Part shown: in pieces, positions 10,683 through 22,800 of the stretch
Layout: every line of letters begins with the position of its first letter
Position numbering within the stretch: the stretch's first letter is position 1
From: Ministeria vibrans ATCC 50519
Lineage: Eukaryota > Protista > Filasterea
DNA length: 49,960 bases
Assembly (NCBI GenBank): GCA_943704425.1
Contig: CALSCP010001671.1
Span: forward strand, 1 to 49,960
Reading direction: 5' to 3'
Translations under genes and position numbers: made by a program
The notes under the pieces: model-generated
The model's input: the letters and a program-made list of their open reading frames with translations, nothing else
What the model was told of the DNA's origin: nothing
Databases searched by the model: none

Positions 10683-12073
10683 ATGCCTGTCAGCGAATTC
10701 GAGAAGGCCCGTCTGGTATGGACGCAGGTGATATACCGCGACGCTAATAGCAGTTGTATATTTCAGGCCCGAATCGCCGAGAATGAGCGCAAGATGCGGG
10801 AATTTGGACTGACTCCGACGAAAGCATCAAAGTCGCCGATCAGCAACTCGGCGAAGGAGAAGAAGAGGAAGAAGGGGGCGGAGAGAAGGAGTGGAGGAGA
10901 GGTGAAGAAAAGCACGAAGGGAAAGCAGAAGGGGGGCGTGTCTGAGGGAAGGCGATCGGGACGCGACTGGAAGGCGGCAGCATCGCCGTTGGCGTTGCCC
11001 GTGCCACAGCGCTCCAGCGCACGACTTCAGGGTGCTCCGCGGCAGCAGTATGTCCTCGACACGTACATTGAAGATGATAGCTATGAGGAGAGCGACGAAG
11101 AGGCATGCGCAAAAGGGAGGCGACGGAAGGGGCGACCGGGGCACAGCAGCGATGGAGACAGCGACAGCAGTGGGGAGAAGAGTAGCGAGTCGGAGTTTGA
11201 CGACGATGGGGATGACGACGACGACGACGATGATGATGAGGAGGAGGAGGATGCTGAAGACAAAAAGACAGTGCTGGCTAGCATGGGATCCAAGCGTAAG
11301 CCGACATCGGCATTGCGACGCATTTTGAAGCGACCCCGTCTTCCACTGGCTCAGGGCGGCGGTGGCGGTCGTGGTGGTGGCGGCTACCAAGACGACCTGT
11401 TTGCTGCAAGACCCGCCTCACCACCTACACATCTACGGGGACGAGGACGGGACAAGCTAAAAAAAGAAAGGAGTGACGAGGACGGCAACAGCGACGAGGA
11501 CGAAGACGACCCCACGCGCATTCGCGGCACCACCGTTGACATGACGACCTTTCACGACGCGTACCTGGGCAAGTTTATCCGTCCCCGCGACGGCCAGCTT
11601 AAGAAGGCGGCGATGGTGGCACTGTGCGGCGGGCGCACAGTGCCCTTTAATCGCCTTTCAGGCATCCAGGAGTTCCGCAATGTTGTCGCGCTCTTTATCA
11701 ACGTCACCGAGTCCAAGTCGGCTCCGTATCTCAACACGTTCCACGCCAACAGCACGCGCGTCGTATGGTTTGCACAGCCCCGTCAGAAGCTCATGCACCC
11801 GACCATTCAGCGTATTCTGGCGTACAGTCGTCAGAGTGATGCTCCCCACACCGATGGCTCCCTCCTTCTCTTTGCCCGGCTGCCTCTCGACGCCTACTGC
11901 TACTGCGGCCGTCTCGTCTGCGTCGAGCGCGACGTCACCAACACCATTCCTATGCGCTTTGTTTTCCGTCTCGTCGATGCGCCCGACCCGCGTCTCAGTG
12001 CGTCGCCCGACTTTGCCTTTGTGACGGGCAAGACGACCGTCAAGAGCGAAGACGACGTCGACATCCTTGATTG

Positions 12074-12074
<1 letters not shown>
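10683..12074 (+). CDS. Putative nuclear protein with acidic linker and C-terminal DUF3427/SRA-like domain
   Basis: Long ORF with a probable short intron near the start; SEFEKARL-ARIAENERKMREFGL motif, basic NLS-like tracts, and C-terminal VALFINV..YLNTF..VVWFAQ..LLLFAR..YCYCGRL..PMRFVFRL. Confidence 0.65.
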
Positions 12075-12108
<34 letters not shown>

Positions 12109-12226
12109 CAACTATGCACACACAGACACCACAAATATGCACATTCACTCACACACTCACTCATTCATACTCCCTCGCACATGTTAAGTAGTTTGTATTT
12201 CATATCAGCTGTTTTTTTTTTTTTTG

Positions 12227-14113
12227 TTACGACTGAGACTGAGCCTAAGAGAAACCAGAGGAAGGGAGGTGTGAATTGTCATTCATAGTATTATGATTAT
12301 TTACGAGATAGGACTTTGTGGCGTCATCTGCGTCGGAGAGGACAAAGTAGCGACCGCTGATGAGGATGCGGGCGCCGACAGTGAAGTCACGACGGTGGTA
12401 GAAGGAAGGAAGTGAGGCAGAGGGAGAGCTACCCGGCTTGTGGAGACGCGCGCGCTGGAGAAAAAGACCGCCTTGGAAACCAGAGTTGCGCTGGGGCTGC
12501 TCGTAGACGGAGACGAGGTCGTCACGGAGGGTGAGGGAGACAATGAAGCGACGGGACTGGTCAAGGGGCGACGATGGGCAGTCGAGGTGAGCCTGGAAGC
12601 GCAATGTGCTGTTGCCAGACTCAAGGTACTGCACGAGATCTTTGCGAGGTGGCCGAGGGACGAGATGACGCACGCTGCCTAGTGAGTCCTCGTGCGAGCC
12701 AAAGCCCGTTGGCGGAGGAAGTGCTGTAGACGTAGCAGTAGCAGTAGATGTCGGTGGTGTTGATGGTGTGAGGCCCGCGCCGGTGTCGAGGTTGTGTGGG
12801 AAGTGCTGGGCAAGCCAGTCGCGCGTGAAGGCATCGCAGCGCTGCAGCGTGATCAGACGCCCAAAGATATTCAGAGTGGCCCCTAGCGCGAGGTCAGACG
12901 CGGTGTAGCAGTCGTTTTTGGTGAGTTTCTCCACGAGCGACTGAGAGACCGAGTAGGCACCGGGCCTTGGACAGGCTTGACGTGATACCAGACACGGCGT
13001 GCGGTCGCGTCCATCGTTGCTCAAATGAATCTAATCATGGGTCAACCATATCATCAGCATAGGTTGAATAATATAATTATATAATTATAATTATATATAT
13101 ATATATATATATATTTTGCTCGTCAGACCTGTCGCAGCTGAAGGGTGTCATCGGCAAGAAAGTAGTGGAGCACAAGGGGACGCTTGTCGCCAAACATGGA
13201 ATCGCGGTCGTCCCACACACAGTCGAATCGAAGCACTTTGCCATCGTTGGCGAGAAACTGCCCGAGCTTGTCGGCCTCGGCGGCTGCCACCTCGCCGTTG
13301 TACATGCGTGCGGTGGTGCTACTATAGCGTGTGCTCTGCTGCGCTTCGTGGGTGCGTCGCGAGGTGTATGCGTCGGTGGGCGTCGGTATTGGCTCGCCCA
13401 CGTCAAGGCCGTGACGTTGAAGGAAGTCGCGCGTAAACGGATCGCAATTGGTAATGTGGTAGATGCGTCCGTAGATGACAACGGAGGAGCCCACCACAAC
13501 GTCGCGAAAGGTAAACATCTCGCCCGAGCTGGAGTGTGGCAGTCGCTGTCGTCGCACCAAAACACCCTGAGGCATGCCACTGTTGCGCACCTCCGGCTCA
13601 CTTATGCTGATAGTGTCGTCCTCCATGTGGTAAAAAAGCTTCACAGGACGAATGCGACGCGTCTCCAATGCAGACTCGTTCACCTCCTCTTCAAAATACC
13701 CATCCCAACGCAACGTCACCTTGTCATAGGCAACGTGAGCCGGCACAAAGGTGCTTGGCTGTGTTGTAGCCGCGCTCGCTGCCACCACATGGCCAGCGCG
13801 CGAGCCGTAGGTGAGGTAGGCGGCAGACGCCGTTGGCACCGTCGACGTCGATCGAAACTGGGCAGGATCACCAGCCGAATGCGGCACCCCTCCAACTCCC
13901 AGCATGGGCAAGTTTTTAACTCCGACGTGCTTATCGAGAAGAAGCGTTTGCGGTCGGTGATAGCGAGGCTGTAAAAGAATCAAAAGAGCGAGGGTTGTCA
14001 TGGAAACAGAAAGAAAGAAGAAGGACAAAACTCACCGACTGTTCACTAAAATTGTAGCCCGGAATGAGTGGCAAATGAACGGCGCCCCCGGCTCGCGGGG
14101 TATGTTGTGACAT
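12227..14113 (-). CDS. EFHC1: EFHC1/Rib72-like axonemal DM10-domain protein (multi-exon)
   Basis: LPLIPGYNF N-terminus; three DM10 repeats (YDKVTLRWDGYF..EDDTISISEP..NSGMPQG; NDGKVLRFDC..YFLADDT; LRFQA..RRFIVS..NSGFQGGLFL). Confidence 0.9.
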
Positions 14114-14799
14114 TCTAATTGAGCGATCACGAAAGAAAGAACAATGTAATTATTAGTGGTGACTAAAGTCATAATACCGTTCTGTCAAGTATTTTCAGCT
14201 GTCGACCTGTCGTAGACTCGCAGTGCTACCCAGTGCCCAGTGAGACAGTGACCTACTGACCTTACTGACCTGCTGACTGCTGTAACTTTCTGAACTCTCG
14301 ATGGGCTTTTTCAATCCGACTCAGGTCATCCTTAACGGTCTCAACTGAGTCAACTCGCCTAGTCGAGTTATTCGATTAAAATTTAAATTGGAAATGGAAA
14401 CTAAACACTTTTTTTTTTCGCGTCATCAGGACCCTCCCAGCAAAAATCGCAAATACCATAGCATAGGTACAATGAGTGAAAATGAAGTCATGCGTATGAG
14501 TGCGTGTGAGAGAGCGTGCGTGCGTTCAGCATGCATGTGGTACAATTTTTCGCGCAAAAAAAAAACTCGCACTTCCCCACCACATCATCCAACATGCTCC
14601 TGGGCATCCGCGAGTACAGCGAGCCCTTCCTTTGTATCATTTATGACATCTAATATGATAAGCCATGTAATGCCGCTTGTCGTGTGTTTGTGTGGAGACG
14701 AGTGTCTTGGCTCGGTGGTGGAAAGTGTGAACACTTGAAATTCTCCCTCACTCTCCTTCACACTTTTCACACACACAGGCAACCTCGCACCCAACCACA

Positions 14800-16311
14800 A
14801 TGGACGCCACGCACTCAACGCCGCTGACCAGCGCTCCGCACGACCACGACGAGATCCCAATGCATGCCATGGACGCGTCTGTGTCCGGCATCGACAGCCA
14901 CAGCCACATGAGCGAAATCGAGTCGGCCGGCACCAAAACACCCTCTGGAACGCCCGCATCAACGGCAGAACGCCTTGCCGGCAAGCACGCAACCCCTTTT
15001 GCACGCTTCTCAAACATATTCAAGGGCGGCTACCACCTGCGACGCATCATTCCCGTCAAGGATGCGATCGTGCCAAGTGGCCCCATGGCCAGTGTCATGG
15101 GCTCCATCTTCAACCTCGCCAATGCAACAGTGGGTGCGGGCATCCTCGGGCAGGGTGTCGCCGTGTCCAAGCTTGGCCTGGTGCTGAGCCCGATCCTCAT
15201 TGTATGCGTCTTGGTCATTGGCATCTTTTGCAATCAGCTGATGCTGCGTGCGGGCGATAAGACGGGAGCGCGCACCATGCCGGTGCTCGCGTACCGCACA
15301 TTTGGCAAGCCAGGCTCCGTGTTTGTCGACATTGTGTGTATCATTAGTGGCTTTGGTGCTCTCTGCGCCTACTTTGTTCTTCTCGGTGACTTCTTCCTGC
15401 CAGTCTTTGCCGATGTGATCTCTCCAACATCGCTTTTGGCGCGTGACCGTGTCATTACCATGGCACTTGTCGGTGTTTTGGGTATTCTTCCGCTCGCCAT
15501 TAAGCGCAACGTCAACGATCTGGCCAACGCAAGCGCCGCCTCAATCATGATTGTGCTTGCCATTGTGCTTGGTGTGCTGGTGCTGTGCATCCAGGGCATC
15601 ACACGCAACGAAAATCCTTCGTACCCGCTCAACATTGCTCGCTTCAACATGGATTCTTTCCTCGCACTGCCCATTCTGCTCTTTTCCCTCTCCAACACCA
15701 CCGCAGTGTTCCCCATCTTCATTGAGATGGCCGAGAGCACAGTTTCAAACTTCCGCAAAGTGCAAATCATTGCGTCTGGCAGCTGCACTTTTCTCTACAT
15801 GCTTGTCGGTATCATGACATACATCCGCTTTGGCGATGAGGTGCAGGGCAACTTCTTGAACAACTTTCCCGATTCGAGCATTGCGACGTTGCTGCGTGCG
15901 GCATTTGCATTCACCATCATCACCACGTACGCCATTGTTGCGTTCCCACTGCGCATTGCCATCGAGCATCTCATTTTCGGCATTCGGCGGGAGTTTAGCA
16001 ACCTCGAGAGTCTGTTCTGCTCTGTTGCCCTACTCGCCGGCTCGTTCACCATTGCCTCCATAACGGACAACGTCGAGATTCTGTTTGGCCTCACAGGCTC
16101 ACTGGGCAGTGCACTGCTCATGTTTGTGGTCCCTGGTGCCACCTTCATGAAGGCGTTCTGGACACAGCGACAGGATCTGAGGCAAGACATTATCCTGGCC
16201 GGCTGTGTCGTTGGACTTGGCTTCCTTGTGGCCGCGATGGGTGTTGTTGGCTTTGCTGACTCAATTGCAAATCCTTCGCCTTCCTCTGCCAACGGGACCT
16301 ATGTGGCTTGA
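14800..16311 (+). CDS. SLC38/AVT-family amino acid transporter
   Basis: 503-aa multi-TM ORF; SIFNLANATVGAGIL, GALCAY, LPILLFS, YIRFGDEVQGNFLNN, FPLR, FGLTGS, FVVPG. Confidence 0.93.
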   Translation: MDATHSTPLTSAPHDHDEIPMHAMDASVSGIDSHSHMSEIESAGTKTPSGTPASTAERLAGKHATPFARFSNIFKGGYHLRRIIPVKDAIVPSGPMASVMGSIFNLANATVGAGILGQGVAVSKLGLVLSPILIVCVLVIGIFCNQLMLRAGDKTGARTMPVLAYRTFGKPGSVFVDIVCIISGFGALCAYFVLLGDFFLPVFADVISPTSLLARDRVITMALVGVLGILPLAIKRNVNDLANASAASIMIVLAIVLGVLVLCIQGITRNENPSYPLNIARFNMDSFLALPILLFSLSNTTAVFPIFIEMAESTVSNFRKVQIIASGSCTFLYMLVGIMTYIRFGDEVQGNFLNNFPDSSIATLLRAAFAFTIITTYAIVAFPLRIAIEHLIFGIRREFSNLESLFCSVALLAGSFTIASITDNVEILFGLTGSLGSALLMFVVPGATFMKAFWTQRQDLRQDIILAGCVVGLGFLVAAMGVVGFADSIANPSPSSANGTYVA

Positions 16312-16626
16312 GTGATTGAACAAGTTGCTCTCTATATAAGTGCGCGATGTGAGAGTCGTGCTAAGATGTACAATGTGATAAAGAAACGGGGAATTTTGTA
16401 CGCATATTGACTCACTTGGAAACAATTATTATGTCTATTATCACAAGTAAATTAGTTATGTACAGCGGTATGTCAACGTATCACGTACGTGTACGGACGT
16501 ACTCATGATGGACTCATGATCACCGCCTGATTGAATTTGGGTTTCTTATACTTTATTGTTCGCCCTTCTTCTCTCTCTCTCTCTGTGTTCACACACACCC
16601 ACGCACACAAAGAATCTATTTCTCTT

Positions 16627-16894
16627 TCAACACGTTTGACGATGCAGCCTGGCCTGCTCTTCGTCTCGATAGAGGCGCCCACAACACCAGAACCATTCGA
16701 CGGAGCAGCGTGAGCAGCGCATGTGATTGCATCCACCGTCCTTCCAAGTAATCACCTGACAACCGGGACAGCGTTTTGTGTTTTTTTCCAGTACACTTGT
16801 GCTTAGAAACATTCCAGCTCGCTTCTCGCCTAGAGCATCATATTGCTCACAGGTGACGCCTGGTAAAAAAATAAGTGTAACAAAACAGAAAAAT

Positions 16895-16925
<31 letters not shown>

Positions 16926-18597
16926 TTAATAGTAGTGTCATTGTCATTGATTACAATAATTATTATTTCTTATTGGGTACCTGTGTGCCAGGCATCGCGA
17001 TGTTTAAAGCATGTAAAGTTTTGACAGACGGTACATTTCATCTTGGGCATAGATGGGTCACCAACCTTGCCAGCATGGCAATTGGGTGTTGAGCAATGTC
17101 GCCAGTTCGTATTTGCCTGCAAAAGAATAAAAAATGCGGAAAAACATTAATACAGAGCATTAGCATTATAAGTCATAAACGCTTACTGTGCAGGCCCGAG
17201 TACGAAGCCTTTGGGCGTAGCGTGCAAGCACATGATTACCAATAAACGACTCTTGGGTGAGATGGACAAGTTTTTCGTAGGCCATGATGCACTCGCCAGT
17301 TGGACAGCGGATGCCGCGGGGCAACTCGTCGGCTTCCATGGCCGCCTTGAGGTGATTTCCAAAGCAGTCTTGGCAACAAATGGCCACGAGAGCCGCACGT
17401 GGATTGGTGGGGGGGAGTGAGTCCAGAGCAAGGCTGTGGTCGAATTTTGACTGTGGCTGGCGACAGGCGCACATGCTGAGCACTGGAGAGAACTCATTTA
17501 GAGGTTTGGTCTCGCAGCAAATGTTGCACTCAATCTCTTCAGGGTAGGGCACCAAGTTGACCATGGGAGGAGGTGGTGGCGGGGCATCTTCGGGAAGAAA
17601 CCCTCTTTCATAGTCGGCCGCGTACTTTTGGTGGACGTACAATTTGTTTTCCAGCACCGATCGCATTTGTGCCACCAAGTTGACGCGGCATTCGGTCGAC
17701 GGGTCCGGTCGACGGCAGAGCGCAGTCTTTGCCATGGATATTGGATCGTATGAGGGTGTGTAGTCAATACTGTGCACGAAAAAAAAAAAAAAAGCAAAAA
17801 AGAAAGCAAAAAAAGGGGGGGAGAAATTATGTTCAACAAAAGCGAAAACAATCAGAAAACCTAATTTACCGAACGTCCGACTCCTTCTGCCGACGAAGAG
17901 AATCGGGCAAAGAAGCAAGGATTTCGCGAGACGAGTTGAATGTTTGAAGAACTTCATTGGTGGGCGCCGGAGGTGCGGGGGGTGGCGTTGTGCAGACAAT
18001 TTCGGGTTGCGGCTCGCAGATGACCGTGACCAGCGGCTCGTCGTAAGCATCGGTATCCTCCTCAAACTCCACCTCGTCTGCTGCCTCGCGGTGCAAAGTT
18101 TCTTCGACACGCAGCGCAAGCGCCGAGGCGGTCGAGGGATGCGCAATCGATGATGGAGCGAATGCTTCGTCATCGAGTGACTCATCAGTCAGCAGATCAA
18201 GAGAACTGCCCGCACGCGTACTGGTTATTGCGGCAAGACGCAGGCTTGCCATGAGACTCAGTGGAGTAGCAGTGGTCTTGACTGCGTCGCCTGCGACCGG
18301 GGCAATGCGTTGACGACGACGGAACATTTCGGACGATATCGTCTCCTTGATGCTGGGAGATGCAGCCGCGACGTGCTCTGTGGGGTCAGCAAGAAGCTGT
18401 GATTGCTGTGCCAACGCTGTTGAGGAGGAGGACAGCATGACGGCGTGGTTATGGCGAAAGGGCAATGGCGGATTAGTGAGAGGATCCTGGAGAGGCGAAG
18501 AAGCGGGAAGTGGCGAGACGGTCGAGCTCATTGTTTGAGTGAGAGAACGCCAATAGTCGAGTAAAGATGAAAAAGAAACTGATGTATTGCTACTCAT
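16627..18597 (-). CDS. RBR (RING-IBR-RING) E3 ubiquitin ligase (multi-exon; start uncertain)
   Basis: RING1 CNICC..CCQDC..CPTGEC; IBR WRHCSTPNC..CTVC..CFKH..WH..TC; RING2 KRCPGC..KDGGCNHMRCSRC..WCC. Confidence 0.88.
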
Positions 18598-19171
18598 TAT
18601 TTGGCGGTTGAGCAGAAGAAGGTCAGTGAGGCGGTGAGATCACCAAAGTGATGGCGATGAGAATGAGAGAGCACAAAAAAATACTGTGTGGGTTTTGCGC
18701 GCAAAAATCTATATTATGTGAGTCGCACTTGGTCAGCAAAATGATTTGCTGATTCTTTGCTGAGTCACACAAATCTAAAAGTTCAACGTGGGGTTGAGTA
18801 TTAGGGTAACCACTTACCAGGCGACACTCCAGTGAGCCCAGTCACTTGAAACTTAAAGTTACTCCTGTCGATGAGTCCACCCAAAAAATTAATCTTAGGA
18901 CTGACTTGTTAACAGTGCACAACAAAGGTCTCACAAATAGTCAGTCGGTCAACTTACTTGACTCACTAAGACGCTAGTAGTCAGTAGTCAAGCAAATAAA
19001 TAGACATAAGTCATAACTGTCAGAAACACTTGACCCTCTGTTTTGTAATCTCTCACTTCTACAAATTTTGAAGAAAAAAAAAGAATCCTCTTCCTTCAGA
19101 CGAAAAAGTTCGTTCAATTCAAAAATCTCAAAAAGCAGCTTTTTTTTTTCTCTCTCTGACTCTCTCGTTTG

Positions 19172-19774
19172 ATGGGCGACGACGAGTCCTCGAGTGATCT
19201 GCTGGATGCGCTCGGCGGCGGTCCTGTGATTGGCCGCGCGTCGCGTCTGTCGACCGGACCAGCGCGATTGCCCGGACGTCCGGCGCGCGGGGCGCATACC
19301 GCGCAGCAAACGACGCCCAGGCCCGAAGCCAGGCCTGTGGGGAGACCGCGCAAGGATGGCCTGGCTCCAACGCAGTCGGCCCAGCGCCAAATGCCGACAG
19401 ACAATCCCAATTTTCGCATGTCCTTGCGCAAAATGAAGCTTCAAGGCATCGTCGTGAACACTTCCAACCCCGATGAGCGTGATGCGGCACGTGGTGGCGC
19501 CATTGGTAGCGCTGCAAAGGACAAGAGGCGTGCGAAAAAGATAAAAAAGGCCGCCGAGGGTTTGCTGGAGAAAGCAGCGGCGGCTGGAGCTGCTGCGCCC
19601 AAGCATCTCGATCAGGTCGCCAGTGGCATTTCACGGGCACCCCTACAAAGTGCTGCTGCTGCTGCTGCTGCTGCAGCGGCGGCGGCTGCAGGGGAGCGAG
19701 GCGATTCGCCAATGACGGGCGTGTCGCGCACGGACGCCGCGGCCAAGGCAGCGCTTGCGGAAGAAGAAGAGGAC

Positions 19775-19806
<32 letters not shown>

Positions 19807-22800
19807 CGGTCACGACGACGATCAGGACGTTGTGTCGAGCGACGAAGACGAGAAGGGACGCGCGGACCGAGCTGGACCGAGTTTTTCGGCGACGCGCGGA
19901 CGTGGCCGTCGAGGCTTTGGAGCACACACAGGCGTTTCGCACAAGTACCGTGTGCCCGTAACCGCCTCGCCGCAGCTGGGCTACGCACTGCACGCACCCA
20001 AACCACGACTTCCCAAGGACAAGACGACGGCGCGACGTCGTCATCGTGGTCGTGCCGAGGACGCCGCCGAGTTTGCCGCGGTCAAGGCACTCGCCGAAGC
20101 TGCTGCCACAGGCACTACCATGGACGAGGTACAGTCCTCCACGCGCCTCGTGGGCACCTTTGTCTTGCCTGTGCTGCGTCGCGCCGAGCGTGCCGAAGAA
20201 CAATGGGGGCATGCCGACCTGGAGAAGCTCGTGCCGGGCTACGTGCGTGACGACGTGTGCTTCTTCAACACCATGTTCTCTCCGGCGCTCCTCGAGGGCC
20301 ATCCTACACTGCGCGACCTTGATCCTCCCGACGACACCGATTTTGAGCGTGCCCCCGACGCCGCCGACTCGTTCGAGCACTTTGTCCCACGCCCGCGACA
20401 GACGGCTAAGGCGCGTCAGCAACTGCAGCTGCGCCAGCAGCTCCAACAGCAGCGTCTTCTCATGCACTCGTCCAACAACCGTCCCATGCGTCTCGACAGT
20501 GGCCACGCTTTGCTGGCAGGTGGTTCCCTCGGCAGCACCACTGCGACCACTGCGACCACCTCTGAGACGGACCATCACAACGAAGACGACGAAGGCGACG
20601 AGGGCGACCGCGAGGAGGCGAAGATCTTCCACGAGATTAACATGTCGCGCTGGGAGCAGCTGGTCCAGTGGGACACCACTGAAGATGGCCACACAGACAG
20701 AGACAACGACACAGACATGGACAAGGGGACCATCAAGCGTCAGCTTATGTCGGTGCGCGCCCCCAACCCTGCCCTGACCCTCGACCCCTGGGAGATGCGC
20801 GTCGTCTGGGACGACACGCAGCCGCCGCCCTTGCCGCCGCCCACCGAGCTTGTTCTCGACTGCAATGACCCCCACATGCCCTTGCTCGACCACATCCGAC
20901 GCCCCGCTCGTCTATACAAGACCCCCGAGGAGATTCGCGACGAGCGCGAGAAGGAACTCCAGGCCATCGAGTGGGTGCACAGACCCATCGTCAAAGAGAG
21001 GTAATAATTTTTATAATTATAATAATATTAATAATTATTTATAATTTATAATTATATAATTCTGTGTGTTGCAACCAATTGCATCGTGTTTTTTAACGTA
21101 TTTTTTTTCTTCTTTTTGTGGCCAGGCACAAACGTGAAGATGAGATCTTGGAGCAGATCCGCAAACTGGCCAACGACCCACAGTTTGATCGACTGAACAG
21201 TGGCAACGACCTGTGGTATCGCAGCCAGACGGGCGGGCGAGTTGAGCACTCGTCGGAGGGCAGTGCACCCCTGCGCCACGCCAAGGCGGCCCTGCAGCTG
21301 TGGGAGCTCATTTACCCCAACCAACCGACTGACCAGCAGCTGCTCACGTGGCATCGCCCTCCCCTCTACGATGCCCGCCAGTTGAATGACATTGTTGCGA
21401 TCAGTGTTACCCTGCGCAACCGTGAGCGCACCAAGAAAAAGAAGAAGGGAAAGAAGATTGAAGGCGAAAATCCAGACTTGGAAGAGGTACAAACCAAGAA
21501 CAATCGTCCTAAAAAGACCTGCTATTAATGTTACTTCAATTGCTGTTTGCGACAGATTTCTGCGTGCGACGGCAAACTGGTGCTGTTTGAGTACTGCGAG
21601 CAGAACGTCCCAGTGCTGTCGAACATTGGAATGGCCATGCGAGTGCGCAACTACGCTGTGCTGCCGACGGGAGCGACCGAGATGGAGCTCGATTATGAGT
21701 ACGGCACGCGCATGTTGATCCAGGACAAGGCAACGTCTACGCCGTTTATTGGTGTGCTTGCGCCCGGCGAGAGCCAGCAAGCTATCGACAACGATCTGTA
21801 CCGCACGCCCGTGTTTCAGCACGACGTGCCACAAACAGACTTTTTGCTGATTGTGCGTCGCTCGGGTGCGTCGAACAACCGCGAGTACACGGCATTTGTG
21901 CGCCCCATCGACGCACTCTTTGTCGCCGGTCAGATTCTCCCCAAGTGTCCCGTGCCCAAGCCCAAGAGTCGCGCTGTCAAGGATTTTATTGGGGACCGTG
22001 TGGTGCACTGGATCAACTGCTCGATGCGCCAGGACGTCGCCAAAAAGGATGCCGACCACAAGGGCCGCAAGGCGCGTCTGCGTGCCGCCACCATTCAGGC
22101 CACCAATGTTGTGAAGCAGTTTGCACAGCATCCTATCACCTATGTGCGTCTGGGCGCCATGAAGTGCTGCTACGAGAAGCGCCAGGACGCGTCCAAGCTG
22201 ATGCTTCTCGACGAGTTTGTTCACATGAAGGACCTGCAAATATTCGATTTCTGTCCGCCACATCACGCGTGTCTTTACGAGGCCATGTGTGCTGGCGAGA
22301 TGCGTCTCAGGGAGCTTGGTTACGGAAGGTACATGACAATGAGCGAAGAGAGAAATATTATACTAAGACGTTGATTAATTTTAATTTTTTTTTTCTTCTT
22401 GTTGCTATGTGTAGTGCGGCGATTGAGGCGGCGAACAAGGCTGCGGCGGAACTGGCCAAGACGGCCGGAGAGGCAGGCACAACTGGACTTGAACTGGAAG
22501 TACAGCTATCGCCGTGGAATGTGACACAGAACTTCCTGGACATGGAGGCGGGTCTGTGTCAGCTGAAGATTGTCGGCAATGGCGATCCGACGGGTGCCAG
22601 TCTGGGCTACTCGTTCCTGCGTGCGCCTAACAAACCCATTCAGGAGTACCGTGATCCCGACAAGGTTGTTGCCAAGGCACCCCTTGCCAACAGTGATGGT
22701 GATCTGAGGTACAAAAAAAGTGATCAATGAATTTTTTTGGTCTTTTATTAATTTTTTTTCTTCAGATTGATGCACTTGGAGGAGGCGCGCAAGACGCTTG

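Noticed and set aside
19643-20893. Long antisense ORFs (e.g. 416 aa opposite TAF1, 300 aa opposite AIF, 328 aa opposite AMACR)
   Set aside because: Shadow ORFs caused by GC-rich codon bias of the real genes; no recognisable motifs.
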